DNA of 64,000 nucleotides from Candidatus Latescibacterota bacterium (GTDB taxonomy: Bacteria; Latescibacterota; UBA2968): positions 5,632,001 through 5,696,000 of the forward strand of contig OZ241986.1 of the NCBI GenBank assembly GCA_965204375.1, written 5' to 3'. The notes under the pieces were generated by a model, which saw only the letters and a list, made by a program, of their open reading frames with translations, made no database searches and had not been told where the DNA came from. A program made the position numbers and the translations under genes. Below, one piece after another: positions 1-10,631 of the stretch (within the stretch, counting starts at the first letter, position 1; each line of letters starts with the position of its first letter).

Positions 1-2
1 CC

Positions 3-938
3 CATCCGAATGTGCTTGAGGTAACGGCTTATCGCTGGTGGGTTGGATGGGGTGGGGGTATTACCCGAACCATTCGGGCAGAGGGTCACGAGGGCACGGA
101 CTGGCGCATGCCCCTTCTGGAGGTCGATGAAGATTATCTCGATGTGTTTCAAATCGGGCTGGTAGAAGGGCGAAAATTTGATCCGATTGCATTTCCCACA
201 GATACGTCGAAGGCTTTTATCATTAATGAAACGGCGGTGGCTCGGCTCGGTTGGGATGATCCTATTGGCAAGTCTTTTGAGTGGGTTGACCGGGTGAGAA
301 ATCGAAAGGGGACGGTGATTGGCGTGGTGAAAGATTTTCACTTCAGTCCGCTACGAGAGGAAATTGGTCCTATTGCGCTGACGATTCGACACCAGCAGTT
401 TTACAATCTGGGCGCGCGCGTCAAAACCGAGGGTCTGGAAGAGACGCTCGCTTTTTTTGAAGAGACCTGGAAGCGTTTCGCTCCTGCAGATCAGCCTTTT
501 GACTATCTGATGTGGGATCAGCAGTTTGAATTCATGTACTATGCAGAACAACGGGCGCAGGCGCTGACCTTGCTCTCTTCGGGGATGGCGATTTTGCTCG
601 CGTGTATGGGGCTTTTTGGTCTTGCGGCATTTACGGTTGAGCAGCGTGTGAAAGAGATTGGGGTGCGAAAGGTTTTGGGTGCGAGTGTGTCAAATATTGT
701 GATGCTCATTTCCAGGACATTTGCAATTATGGTTTTGATTGCGAATCTGTTTGCATGGCCGGTTGCGTATTTTGCGATGCGAAGTTGGCTGGATGGTTTT
801 GCCTATCGCACGGATCTTTCGTGGTGGATATTTGTTTTGAGTGGTGCGATCGCATTGGCAATCGCGTTGTTTACCGTGAGTTTTCACGCCCTCCGCGCGG
901 CTGTGTCCAATCCTGTGGAAGCACTGCGGCATGAGTAG
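3..938 (+). CDS. ABC transporter permease, MacB/FtsX family (5'-truncated by window edge)
   Basis: Open frame from the window start; VIGVVKDFHF periplasmic motif, LACMGLFGL..EQRVKEIGVRKVLGAS FtsX motif, C-terminal NPVEALRHE. Confidence 0.92.
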   Translation, partial: HPNVLEVTAYRWWVGWGGGITRTIRAEGHEGTDWRMPLLEVDEDYLDVFQIGLVEGRKFDPIAFPTDTSKAFIINETAVARLGWDDPIGKSFEWVDRVRNRKGTVIGVVKDFHFSPLREEIGPIALTIRHQQFYNLGARVKTEGLEETLAFFEETWKRFAPADQPFDYLMWDQQFEFMYYAEQRAQALTLLSSGMAILLACMGLFGLAAFTVEQRVKEIGVRKVLGASVSNIVMLISRTFAIMVLIANLFAWPVAYFAMRSWLDGFAYRTDLSWWIFVLSGAIALAIALFTVSFHALRAAVSNPVEALRHE

Positions 939-956
939 ATTGGGATAATGAAAATA

Positions 957-996
957 AAAAAGGTCTGTGATATTTGTCACAGACCTTTTGCTTTTT
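957..996. terminator. Probable bidirectional intrinsic terminator
   Basis: AGGTCTGTGA-tatttg-TCACAGACCT perfect 10-bp stem flanked by an A-run and T-runs, between convergent genes. Confidence 0.8.
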
Positions 997-1008
997 GCGG
1001 GTGGTCGT

Positions 1009-1641
1009 TTACTCAGCGGGTTGCTGTATGACGCGCAAATAGGGTTTTACAGCGGTGTATCCGGGGAAGCGTTCGTCGGCTTCTTCGTCTGTAACCGTGG
1101 GTGAGATGATCACGTCTTCGCCGGGTCGCCAGTTTACTGGCGTGGCCAAACTGTGTTTGGCTGTCAATTGCAGGGAATCGACTACGCGCAGGATTTCGTC
1201 GAAGTTGCGGCCCGTAGATGCCGGGTAGGTGAGCATCAGTTTGATTGTTTTGTCGGGTCCAATTACAAATACCGATCGCACGGTCAGGGTGTTATCTGCA
1301 TTGGGATGGATCATTTCGTAGAGGTCGGCTACCTGGCGGTCGGGGTCGGCGATCATAGGATAATTCACGGTTGCATTTTGCGTTTCGTTGATGTCGCTAA
1401 TCCAGCCTTCATGGGATTCGAGGGGATCAACGCTGATCGCCAAAACTTTGACGCCGCGCTTGTCAAATTCGTCTTTGATATTCGCCATGGCGCCCAATTC
1501 GGTGGTGCATACTGGCGTAAAGTCAGCCGGATGGGAAAACAGAATACCCCAGCCATCACCCAACCATTCGTGAAAATTGATGGTGCCTTCCGTGGTTTCT
1601 GCCGTAAAGTCGGGGGCAACATCGCCTAACTGCAATGACAT
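1009..1641 (-). CDS. 1-Cys peroxiredoxin (Prx6 family)
   Basis: FSHPADFTPVCTTE and YPASTGRNFDEILR motifs; start set at MSLQLGD (ATG 1641) after AAAGGA. Confidence 0.95.
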   Translation of the reverse strand: MSLQLGDVAPDFTAETTEGTINFHEWLGDGWGILFSHPADFTPVCTTELGAMANIKDEFDKRGVKVLAISVDPLESHEGWISDINETQNATVNYPMIADPDRQVADLYEMIHPNADNTLTVRSVFVIGPDKTIKLMLTYPASTGRNFDEILRVVDSLQLTAKHSLATPVNWRPGEDVIISPTVTDEEADERFPGYTAVKPYLRVIQQPAE

Positions 1642-1824
1642 AGTATAATCCTTTCTATTGGATTGTGGAGGAGAATAAAGCGAGAATCCAACTGCGTGGC
1701 GATAATATAAGACAAAACGATACTCCGTCAAGTTGTCAAGTTTATCGCGTTGTTGCATGAGGTGGAGCTTTAAAATATATTCGATGAAACGCAGATTGGT
1801 TTGATGATCTCAAGGGAGGCGATT

Positions 1825-4020
1825 GTGTCCACGATTCATTTTGATAAACTTTCGATGTACGACCGTATTGGCGAACCCGTTTCGCTCGGTATTCCATTTG
1901 CCCAGGGGCGACTCACCGACTCTGGGCAATTTGGTATTTGTAATGATGGAACAGATATAGCGGTTCAGACAGATGTTACAGCGCGCTGGGACGATGGGTC
2001 GATCAAGTGGCTTATGGCGCATTTTCTGGCTGATCTTCCCGGCAACCGCGCGCACGATCTCACTTTTGCCACTGATGGCAGTATTTCTACGCCTGATCTC
2101 GATCAGAGGACCACAGTGACGCAACGGGGAAATTTCTATACTATTGATACGGGTGTTCTTTCTGTTGATGTTGGGGTCGGGACAGATCTGTTTAAGGCTG
2201 TTCGGGTGAATGATGCTGAATGGTTTGGTGCAAATGCTTCTTTTGGTATAACTGATGCAGAAGGTGGATTGTATTTCGCCAATATTGACCAGATTACGAT
2301 TCTGGAGTCAGGTCCTGTACGGAGTCTTGTCGAATGTGCAGGTAAACACGTTGGCGATGCAGGAACATTGTTCGATGTGCGCGTTCTCATTGAGGCATGG
2401 GCGGGAAAACCTTTTGTTCGTCTGGACTATCAGTTTATCAATCGAGAGAAGGCAGCGAGTGTTGATGTGGCAGAGATTGCGTTGAAGTTCGCCGCATCGG
2501 GTGCGGGCGATGTGCGCTGCGCTACTGGAGAGGGTTATTATCGCACCGATCTTACAGAGGGGGCAAATGCGCGTCTTCTGGATGCTGAGACGATTCTTTT
2601 TCAGTCTGTTGAACACGTGCTTGAGACGTTTTATGGAGATTTCTGGGCAGACTGGTGCGATGCTGAAAAGGGCGTTTGTATTACGCCTTTTCATGCCCAT
2701 CAAAATTTTCCCAAGGGGATTGCAGTTGGCGAAGATGGCATTGATTTCGATATTTATCCCGCGAGTGAGGATCCCGTCAAAATTTTGCAAGGCGTGGCCA
2801 AAACTCATCGCATGCAATTTTATTTTCACACTTCTGCCGTGTCTCTGGACGATGTTGTTGTTCAATCGCTCCAATTTCAATATCCGGATATTGGTATTTT
2901 GTCCGAGTCCTGGTATCGCGAAGCGAATGTGTGGGAGAATCTCTTTCCCGAAAATAAGAATCAGGATATTGAAGCCAGTATTATCAATATGGCCGATGGG
3001 CGCAATCAGGGGCTTGGGATGATGCACTGGGGCGATGGTCCGGATCACGGGTACACGCAGCAGGGTCGGGGTAAAGGGGAGTTGGTGTGGACCAATAATG
3101 AATACGATTTTCCACATGCGATGTTTTTGCTCTATGCGAAGACGGGCGAGCGCCGGTTTAGAGATGTTGCGTGTGTGGCTGCACAACACTGGATTGATGT
3201 GGATTTTTGTCATTATAGCGATGATCCACTCAAGATGGGTGGGCAACCCATTCACACGGCGGGGCATGTGACGGGCAGTGTAACGCCTTCGCACGAGTGG
3301 ACCGAGGGGTTGCTGGATTATTATCACATGACTGGTAAACGGGAGGCTCGCGAAAAGGCCATTTCTATTGCGGATAATATGATCCGCCATCTCGAGTCGC
3401 CCAAATTTGCGCGCGCCGGGGGGCAGCAAGCCCGGGAGACTGGCTGGGCGATGCGCGGTCTGATTGCTGTGTACATTGAGACAAAGGAAGAGAAATACCT
3501 CGATGCGTGTCGCAGTATTGCCGAGCAATTTATCGCGTGGAAAGAAAAATGGGGTGCTTTTCTCGCGCCTTATACCGCGCATACGCTGGTGCGCGTTCCT
3601 TTTATGATTTCCATAGCGATCAATGCGTTGCATCGCTATTATACCGCGACGGGAGATGGTCGTATTCCACCGCTTATTGTAGCGGAGATGGGCGATTTGC
3701 TCGATCACTGTGTGATGCCCGATGGACGCTTTTTTTACAAGGAATTGCCGAGCCTCCAGCGGCGCGCGGGCGGTCCTCGAGAAATGGAAGCGCTGTGTCA
3801 TGCTTATGAGCACTCGGGCGATAAACGCTTTTTGGAACAGGCTGAGCGCATGATGAAATCCATGCGTCCGGGTGGCAGTCGTAGTGGCAAGCGCATTGTT
3901 AAGGATCTCGTTGGTGATACCGTGCTTTTCGATGGTTCAGGTCCCAAAGCGTTTGCTTCTTTTTATGTTCCTTTTATGTCTTCGTACAAGATTTTGTCGG
4001 ATGAGAATTGCCTGACTTGA
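1825..4020 (+). CDS. Exo-rhamnogalacturonan lyase-like (PcRGLX/YetA-like) protein
   Basis: N-terminal EPVSLGIPF..RWDDGSIKW motif, WTNNEYD motif, helical C-terminal region; GTG start after GGAGG. Confidence 0.65.
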   Translation: MSTIHFDKLSMYDRIGEPVSLGIPFAQGRLTDSGQFGICNDGTDIAVQTDVTARWDDGSIKWLMAHFLADLPGNRAHDLTFATDGSISTPDLDQRTTVTQRGNFYTIDTGVLSVDVGVGTDLFKAVRVNDAEWFGANASFGITDAEGGLYFANIDQITILESGPVRSLVECAGKHVGDAGTLFDVRVLIEAWAGKPFVRLDYQFINREKAASVDVAEIALKFAASGAGDVRCATGEGYYRTDLTEGANARLLDAETILFQSVEHVLETFYGDFWADWCDAEKGVCITPFHAHQNFPKGIAVGEDGIDFDIYPASEDPVKILQGVAKTHRMQFYFHTSAVSLDDVVVQSLQFQYPDIGILSESWYREANVWENLFPENKNQDIEASIINMADGRNQGLGMMHWGDGPDHGYTQQGRGKGELVWTNNEYDFPHAMFLLYAKTGERRFRDVACVAAQHWIDVDFCHYSDDPLKMGGQPIHTAGHVTGSVTPSHEWTEGLLDYYHMTGKREAREKAISIADNMIRHLESPKFARAGGQQARETGWAMRGLIAVYIETKEEKYLDACRSIAEQFIAWKEKWGAFLAPYTAHTLVRVPFMISIAINALHRYYTATGDGRIPPLIVAEMGDLLDHCVMPDGRFFYKELPSLQRRAGGPREMEALCHAYEHSGDKRFLEQAERMMKSMRPGGSRSGKRIVKDLVGDTVLFDGSGPKAFASFYVPFMSSYKILSDENCLT

Positions 4021-4114
4021 TTTGAGACCGACAAATGGTTACTTTTGAAATGTTGTGTTTGATTCGAGGCTGTGCAGATGCCGGGTTAATATTTAGACAG
4101 GTGATAAAAATTCT

Positions 4115-5053
4115 ATGGCTTTTGATGAGATAGGTGAGACGGGTATCCAGCAGGTGAATGACTCCATGAAGATGCTTATGGGGGAGTTGGCTAATTTTCA
4201 GGATATTGCCCGCTACGTCAAACCATTGCCGGGGGAAATACCCGCGCTCGATGGTGTTGATATTTACGGTGAGACCATTCCGCTCAACGGTATAGTGGGT
4301 GGCGATCATATTGTCTATGTCGATTTTAAGAAGCGCTATGATCTCGATGCTCGAATAAAAAAAGCCCGCGACCGAGGGCAGGATTATGTTGTCAAAAAGC
4401 TGGAGGAGTGTCGCTTTAAGGCCGGTGTGGCTGTGGCCGATGTTTCAGGGCATCAGATCACGGACGCGCTTCTCGCCGCGATGCTCCATCAGGCTTTTTT
4501 GATGGGTGCGATTTACGAGATGGATTATTACGGCAATATCACGGCCAAGTTGTTTGAAAATCTCAATACGCGGTTTTACAATTCGTCGAGTCTCAGCAAA
4601 TTTATTACGATGATTTACGGTGAGATATCTCAGGAAGGGCATTTTCAGTTTTTGTCGGCGGGGCATCCCATGCCGCTGGTGTATTCGCGCAAGTACAAAG
4701 GTATTGTCGAAGTGCCCGAAGATAGGATGATCGCCTCTCCGCCCATTGGCACGCTTCCTTCGGGACGCGATATCGATCGAAATATCAATGAGAGTGTGCT
4801 CGGTTTTAAGGAAGAGTACGAACTTAATGAATGGGATTTAATGGGCACGGGCGATATTCTCATTCTTTACACCGATGGTCTGGTTGAACACCACTGCAAT
4901 GGCGAGTTTTACGCGCCGCATTATCTCGAACAAAAACTTCACGAGATCAGAGATCTGACCGCCAAAGAAATTTTCTACGCGATCAAAGAGGATCTCATCG
5001 CGTTTAATAGACCGGATGACGATATCAGTTATGTTGTTATCAAGCGGAACTAA
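4115..5053 (+). CDS. PP2C-type Ser/Thr phosphatase (SpoIIE/RsbU family)
   Basis: VGGD, VADVSGH, SAGH, LYTDG and DDIS motifs. Confidence 0.9.
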   Translation: MAFDEIGETGIQQVNDSMKMLMGELANFQDIARYVKPLPGEIPALDGVDIYGETIPLNGIVGGDHIVYVDFKKRYDLDARIKKARDRGQDYVVKKLEECRFKAGVAVADVSGHQITDALLAAMLHQAFLMGAIYEMDYYGNITAKLFENLNTRFYNSSSLSKFITMIYGEISQEGHFQFLSAGHPMPLVYSRKYKGIVEVPEDRMIASPPIGTLPSGRDIDRNINESVLGFKEEYELNEWDLMGTGDILILYTDGLVEHHCNGEFYAPHYLEQKLHEIRDLTAKEIFYAIKEDLIAFNRPDDDISYVVIKRN

Positions 5054-5073
5054 TCAACATCCCTCCTTTCGCA

Positions 5074-6309
5074 CTATCCTTCTTCTACTTCATCCAGTGC
5101 GCCTACTTTCCTCAAGCTCGGGGAAGCTATTGCGGTTATGCCTGTGACCAATAGTGTTCCGATGCCGCCGCTTACGACTGAGAATACAGGTCCATACAAT
5201 TCCGCTACACCTCCAGATTCGAGGCCGCCCAGTTCATTTGACGCGCTCACAAATACCCCGTTTACAGCCGATACCCTGCCGCGCATTGCATCGGGTGTGA
5301 TTAACTGTACGAGTGTGTGACGAATGACCATGCTGACGTTGTCAAATGCCCCGGTCAATACGAGCATCGCAAATGACAACCAGAAGTTTTCCGATATTCC
5401 GAATACTATGGTTGCGATGCCAAATCCAGCTACGGTGAGGAGCAGATTTCTGCCAGCTTTTTTCATTGGCGGCAAGTGTGCCAGTGTGAGTGCCATTATC
5501 AGGGCACCCACCGCAGGTGCTGATCGCAAAATTCCGAATCCCTCGGATCCTACCTTCAATATGTCCTGTGCGTATATCGGCAATAAATACACGGCTCCGC
5601 CCAGTAGCACGGCAAACATGTCCAGTGCCATGAGCGACAATAGCAAGCGGTTGTTCTTTAAGAATACCAGCCCGCCCATCAGATTTTGCAATGGTGAAAC
5701 CCGCTCTGCGTTTTTATCGCGTTCTACGGGCGGTACGCGCAATCGGGACAATATCAGCAAAAACCACCCTGTACATCCGGCACTTGCCAGGTACGCTGCG
5801 GGTACGTAAACTGCTGCGATAAAGCCCCCGATCATAGGTCCCACCACCCACGCCATTTGCATCAAGCTCATGCTCCAGGCCACGGCATTGGGAAATATCC
5901 CGCGCGGTACCAGTTGGGGTACGATTGCCCGCCGTGCAGGTGCGCCGAGTACGGTTATTGCGGCATCTGCTACGAGTATGGCGTACATCAGGGCAATTGG
6001 TCCCTGTTTCCACGATACCGCGGCAAGGCCCAGAGAGGTTAGGGTCGTACCCGTTAGACTCAACATCATGACCGTGCGCCGGTTAAAACGGTCGGCGAGA
6101 TAACCCGCGGGGAGTGCCAGGATCATTGTGGGCAATGCAATTGCCAGGCCCACGAGGCCGAGCGCGAGTGCTTGCCCGGTGCGGGCATACATTTCCCATC
6201 CTATGGCGGCACTCTGAATTTGCGTGCCGACCAATGCGGCAAACCAGCCCAGCGCGTATAACCGAAATTCCCTGATGCGAAATGCTTCATAGGGATTGTG
6301 TTTTGTCAA
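5074..6309 (-). CDS. MFS transporter (DHA3/H+ antiporter-like)
   Basis: About 12 hydrophobic segments; GYLADRFNRR motif A; TPDAMRGRV; start uncertain (TTG 6309 or 6327). Confidence 0.9.
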   Translation of the reverse strand: MTKHNPYEAFRIREFRLYALGWFAALVGTQIQSAAIGWEMYARTGQALALGLVGLAIALPTMILALPAGYLADRFNRRTVMMLSLTGTTLTSLGLAAVSWKQGPIALMYAILVADAAITVLGAPARRAIVPQLVPRGIFPNAVAWSMSLMQMAWVVGPMIGGFIAAVYVPAAYLASAGCTGWFLLILSRLRVPPVERDKNAERVSPLQNLMGGLVFLKNNRLLLSLMALDMFAVLLGGAVYLLPIYAQDILKVGSEGFGILRSAPAVGALIMALTLAHLPPMKKAGRNLLLTVAGFGIATIVFGISENFWLSFAMLVLTGAFDNVSMVIRHTLVQLITPDAMRGRVSAVNGVFVSASNELGGLESGGVAELYGPVFSVVSGGIGTLLVTGITAIASPSLRKVGALDEVEEG

Positions 6310-6489
6310 TATAATTCCTGTTCGCAAGAATTATGTCAAATTTGGACATGATTATAGTTATCTTACACCGGATGTCAACACATCGCTAAAAGTTATGTGT
6401 TTGCCCTTGACATTTGCTCAAATTAAAACTATACGTGTGTTCAGTATATTTGCTTGTGAAATCGTGTTAAACAATCTCGGGAGAAATTC

Positions 6490-7338
6490 ATGCGACGTAC
6501 TTTTCAATTTGACCAGAATACCCCGCCCCTTTGTCGCCTGGGGCTGGCTACGAGGGGCAATACGCACTTGTCTCCGGCAGATGTTCGTTATGCGGTTGAG
6601 CGCGGTGTCAATTATCTCAACTGGTGCGGTCGTCCCGATGGTTTGAGCAGCGCGGTTGCGGGTATGGGGGCGGAGCGGGAGGAGATTGTGCTGGCATGGC
6701 AGCTCAAGTCCCGTACTGCTTCAAGTGCGGAACAAGAGCTTGACAATGCGTTGTCTGAGTTGAATACCGATTATATAGATGTTGTGACTTTTTACTATGT
6801 GGAGAGCGAAGGTGAATGGTGCGATATCGCGTCCGATGGGGGTGCTTATGAAGCTATGGCTCGCGCCCGCGAGCAGGGCAAGGTGCGCTTTCTCGGTCTT
6901 ACCAGCCACCAGCGCAATATGGCTGCTCGCATTGCTACGGGTGAACTCAGAGCACCTGAACAGGTTGAGTCCCGCCCTCTGGATATGCTGATGCTCCGGT
7001 ACAATGCCGCCCACCGTGGTGCAGAAGAGGATGTGTTCCCTTTGACCGATCCGTGCAATATTCCGGTGGTTGTCTATACCTGCCTGCGCTGGGGCGCTTT
7101 GATGAAGCCTACGCCGGATGATCCGCCCAATTTTATACCGCCACCCGCAAGAGAATGGTACCGCTTTGCACTGGCTCATTCTTCTGTCGCTATTGCCATT
7201 GCAGCGCCCAATGACCGCGCGGAGCTTGAGCACGATTTTTCACTGTTGGACGATTGGCGGGCGCCTGCGCCCGAAGAGTATGATATGCTTATGGCACACG
7301 GTGACCGCGTCTATCAACACGGGGGACGTTTTCCATAA
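6490..7338 (+). CDS. Aldo/keto reductase family protein
   Basis: LNTDYID, GKVRFLGLTSH and MLRYNAAHRGAE motifs. Confidence 0.8.
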   Translation: MRRTFQFDQNTPPLCRLGLATRGNTHLSPADVRYAVERGVNYLNWCGRPDGLSSAVAGMGAEREEIVLAWQLKSRTASSAEQELDNALSELNTDYIDVVTFYYVESEGEWCDIASDGGAYEAMARAREQGKVRFLGLTSHQRNMAARIATGELRAPEQVESRPLDMLMLRYNAAHRGAEEDVFPLTDPCNIPVVVYTCLRWGALMKPTPDDPPNFIPPPAREWYRFALAHSSVAIAIAAPNDRAELEHDFSLLDDWRAPAPEEYDMLMAHGDRVYQHGGRFP

Positions 7339-7344
7339 ATCTCC

Positions 7345-8730
7345 ATGTTTTACAATTTTTTGACAGTTGCGATTCGCAATGCGATGCGTCACAAGTTCTA
7401 TGCGATTATCAGCCTGAGCAGTCTGGCCATTGGATTGACGTGTGCTGTGCTTATTATGCTTTCTATCCGCTATGAAATGAGCTACGACGCCTTTCGTCCC
7501 TACGCTGACCGCGTCTATCGAATTATGAAGAGGGAGCTAAACGCGCACGGACGGAGGGGTGGGTTTGAAACCCACCCGTACGAATGGCGTGGGGCACTTC
7601 CCTCAGAGCTTGCCGTGCATTTGCGCGATGAATATCCCGAGGTCGAGGCTGTTGTTCAGTTCCGTCGCATTACGTCCTGGTTTCGCGCGGAGGACCGCTT
7701 GTTCCAACAGCGCCTTTGTCCGGTTGATGGAGATGTTGTGGATTTCTTTGGTCTCGATATTATTCGGGGAGATGTTGCCGCGCTCAAACGCCGAGATGCG
7801 TCTGTTGTTTTAACGCAGGGCGTGGCCCGCAAACTCTACGGTAATGTAGATCCTATTGGTCGCACTGTTGAGGTGCAGCGCGAGACCTATCAGCAGGTGT
7901 TTACGGTTGTTGCCGTGATGAAAGACCGCCCGACCAATACGCGATTGGAGTTTGATAGTGTAACTTTTTTTGCGTCCGATAACTGGGCCATACGCGCTGC
8001 GCCGATTTACGTGCGTTTGCGTCCCGATGCAGATGTTGAGGCTCTGGAGCGCGCGCTTGCCGCGCATTTTCCCTCTGAATCGGAGGCGACTTATCATCTC
8101 CAGGCCCTGCCGCGTATCCATCTGTATTCCAGGATTGATCTGGAGGGTTTTACAGGGGATTCGGGGATGCCGTATCGGGATATCCGCGATCTCTACCCCC
8201 TGTCTGTTCTGGGTCTGGGTATTTTGCTTATCGCCTGTATCAATTTTATGAATCTGGCTACTGCGCGATCAGCTATTCGCGCCCGCGAAATTGGTCTGCG
8301 CAAGGTTGTGGGGGCGCGTCGGCAGCATATTGTGGGGCAATTACGGCAGGGGCGCATTTTTACGCGGTCCGCAATTGTCGCCGTTGTGCTGGCCTGTCTG
8401 GGTCTGGCGGGTCTGGCGGCTTTTGCCGCTGAACAGCGCACCCGCGAAATTGGTATTCGCAAGGTGCTGGGTGCTTCGGCATCCCATCTCGTCGTTTTGA
8501 TTAGCCAGGATTTTGCCAGGCTCGCTGTGTTCGCCAGTTTGATTGCGTGTCCGGTTGGATATTTTTTGATGCGAGACTGGTTGCAGAATTTTGCCTATCA
8601 GATTGATCTCGCGGTTTGGCCGTTTCTTTTGAGTATAGCTGTCCTGCTTTTTATAGCTGTTTTAACAACAGGATGCCTTGCATGGAAAACAGCGTGTGCC
8701 AATCCCGTTGATATATTGCGATGTGAATAA
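7345..8730 (+). CDS. ABC transporter permease, MacB/FtsX family, apparently with an in-frame internal deletion
   Basis: Normal N-terminus and two FtsX motifs (REIGLRKVVGA, REIGIRKVLGA) only about 53 aa apart; 461 aa against about 800 aa expected. Confidence 0.8.
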   Translation: MFYNFLTVAIRNAMRHKFYAIISLSSLAIGLTCAVLIMLSIRYEMSYDAFRPYADRVYRIMKRELNAHGRRGGFETHPYEWRGALPSELAVHLRDEYPEVEAVVQFRRITSWFRAEDRLFQQRLCPVDGDVVDFFGLDIIRGDVAALKRRDASVVLTQGVARKLYGNVDPIGRTVEVQRETYQQVFTVVAVMKDRPTNTRLEFDSVTFFASDNWAIRAAPIYVRLRPDADVEALERALAAHFPSESEATYHLQALPRIHLYSRIDLEGFTGDSGMPYRDIRDLYPLSVLGLGILLIACINFMNLATARSAIRAREIGLRKVVGARRQHIVGQLRQGRIFTRSAIVAVVLACLGLAGLAAFAAEQRTREIGIRKVLGASASHLVVLISQDFARLAVFASLIACPVGYFLMRDWLQNFAYQIDLAVWPFLLSIAVLLFIAVLTTGCLAWKTACANPVDILRCE

Positions 8731-8979
8731 AAAAAGGTTGAAATCATTATGCGCTAATGATAACTTGCGCCAGGTTCAAATGTAGTGATTGGTTTGCGTT
8801 CTGGGAGAGAATTGGCGAAACAAAGGCGGGATGAATTGATGTAAGTGCGCCAAAAGAAGATCGTAGAATAGAGCAGAATATTGAGAAGGCATTTGAAAAA
8901 CAAACAATAATCATTGTTACGAACCGGGTGCGCACAGCGGAATCAAATTTTGGGTCAATGAGAAAGGTGGGGGGGAGCA

Positions 8980-10545
8980 ATGGAATATATCCATGTCATT
9001 ATGGCCGGGCTAACGGCGATTATTCTCTTCATCTTTGGATTGGAGAATTTTTCAGCGGAGATCGAACAAGTCTCTGGCGAAAAATTCCGAAGATTTCTCG
9101 CCAAGGCGACCAAAATTCCAGTTATAGGTGTGCTCATAGGCGCGCTCGTAACCGCTGTGATCCAGTCGAGTTCTGCGACCTCGGTGATTGCTGTGGGTCT
9201 GGTCAATGCGGGCGTGCTTTCGTTCAAAAGTAGCGTAGGCATTATTTTTGGATCGAATATCGGCACCACGATTACGGCTCAACTGGTCGCATTTAAGCTC
9301 ACGGCGTTTGCGCCCGTATTTATCATTCTGGGATTTGTCCTTTCCTTTGTTCGGTCGAGAGTTGCTATTTTCGGCAAGTCTATTTTTTATTTTGGTTTTG
9401 TTTTTTTTACCCTCAATCTGATCTCTTCTTCACTTGGTCCTATCCAGAATGATCCCGCGCTGACTCAATATCTCATAAATCCTCAAAACCCGCTACTCGC
9501 GATTCTGGTGGGCTGTCTGTTTACGGCTGCCGTGCAATCGAGTTCGGTGACTACAGGTCTGGCAATTGTATTCACGCAACAGGGGTTGTTGAGTCTGGAA
9601 AACGCGGTGCCCATCATCATTGGGGCGAATATCGGCACTACGGCAACGGCATTACTCGCGATGGTACACATGGACTTTGCCGCCAAGAAGACCGCGCTTT
9701 CTCATTTTTTCTTTAATGTGGGCGGTGTGCTGCTTTTTTTACCCATCCTTTTGCTTTTTGGCGATAGACTGAATGAATTTTCCACCGACCCCGCGATCGC
9801 ATTGGCCAATATTCACCTCGTATTTAATGTGGTGACCAGTCTGATTTTTGTTCTTTTGATCACGCCTTTCACGCGATTGATCGATATGCTTTTGGGGGAG
9901 GACGAGATGGATTTTGAGCGATTGGCCATTCCCGCGTTTGACGAGCAAATCGCTTTTAAGAAAGTAAAATCCGAACTGCGCCAAAATCTCGTTGATCTCC
10001 TCTCCTTTTTGCAGGAAAGCTACAATCTCGTTACGCTGAGTATCGAGTCTAATTACCGTGGCATCTTTGAGGCGTCTGCCAAGCGCCTGGAATACGTCAA
10101 CTTTTTGGAGAAGGAATACGTGAGCTATTTTTCCCAAGCTGTCGTATCCGTTACCCGTGAACGCGAATCCCGGGATTTGCTCAAGTTGCATACCCAGTTT
10201 GATTATCTTTTTTCGATATACGATTCAATAGACGATATCTTCAATACCAAGAAAGCGTTGAACATGTATTATGTGGAGTTGGAGAGCGACATTTTATTGA
10301 TGGTCAGAACGCTTTCTGGACATACATTGGCTTTGTTCGAAGATATCTGCAAGTCGCTTGAGGAGGAGTCCAAGGTAAAGGTCGAGAAAAGAGCCGAAAA
10401 GCTTCAGGAGGTGCTGGATGAGATCAACCGCGAGTTGCTGCCGCTGTTGGTGCAGCCGGACAGGCGCGATGCGGGTACGCTCTCCAATTTTGTCACCTAT
10501 TCCCGGCGCCTCAAGGACAAATTGGTCAATTTTGCAGACCTGTAA
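8980..10545 (+). CDS. Na+/Pi cotransporter family protein
   Basis: Two QSSS repeats with G(S/A)NIGTT motifs; helical PhoU-like C-terminus. Confidence 0.9.
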   Translation: MEYIHVIMAGLTAIILFIFGLENFSAEIEQVSGEKFRRFLAKATKIPVIGVLIGALVTAVIQSSSATSVIAVGLVNAGVLSFKSSVGIIFGSNIGTTITAQLVAFKLTAFAPVFIILGFVLSFVRSRVAIFGKSIFYFGFVFFTLNLISSSLGPIQNDPALTQYLINPQNPLLAILVGCLFTAAVQSSSVTTGLAIVFTQQGLLSLENAVPIIIGANIGTTATALLAMVHMDFAAKKTALSHFFFNVGGVLLFLPILLLFGDRLNEFSTDPAIALANIHLVFNVVTSLIFVLLITPFTRLIDMLLGEDEMDFERLAIPAFDEQIAFKKVKSELRQNLVDLLSFLQESYNLVTLSIESNYRGIFEASAKRLEYVNFLEKEYVSYFSQAVVSVTRERESRDLLKLHTQFDYLFSIYDSIDDIFNTKKALNMYYVELESDILLMVRTLSGHTLALFEDICKSLEEESKVKVEKRAEKLQEVLDEINRELLPLLVQPDRRDAGTLSNFVTYSRRLKDKLVNFADL

Positions 10546-10631
10546 GATGCTGTGGTACCCGCGTTTTGATTTGTCGATTGGGTAATGCAAATAAAGATGG
10601 ATTTCATACACATGAATTGGAGGTGGTCGCT

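Noticed and set aside
2308-3813. Long antisense ORFs (e.g. 2308-3813, 12759-13790, 38168-39361, 45725-46720, 49807-50841)
   Set aside because: They are shadow frames opposite well-supported genes and contain no recognisable motifs.
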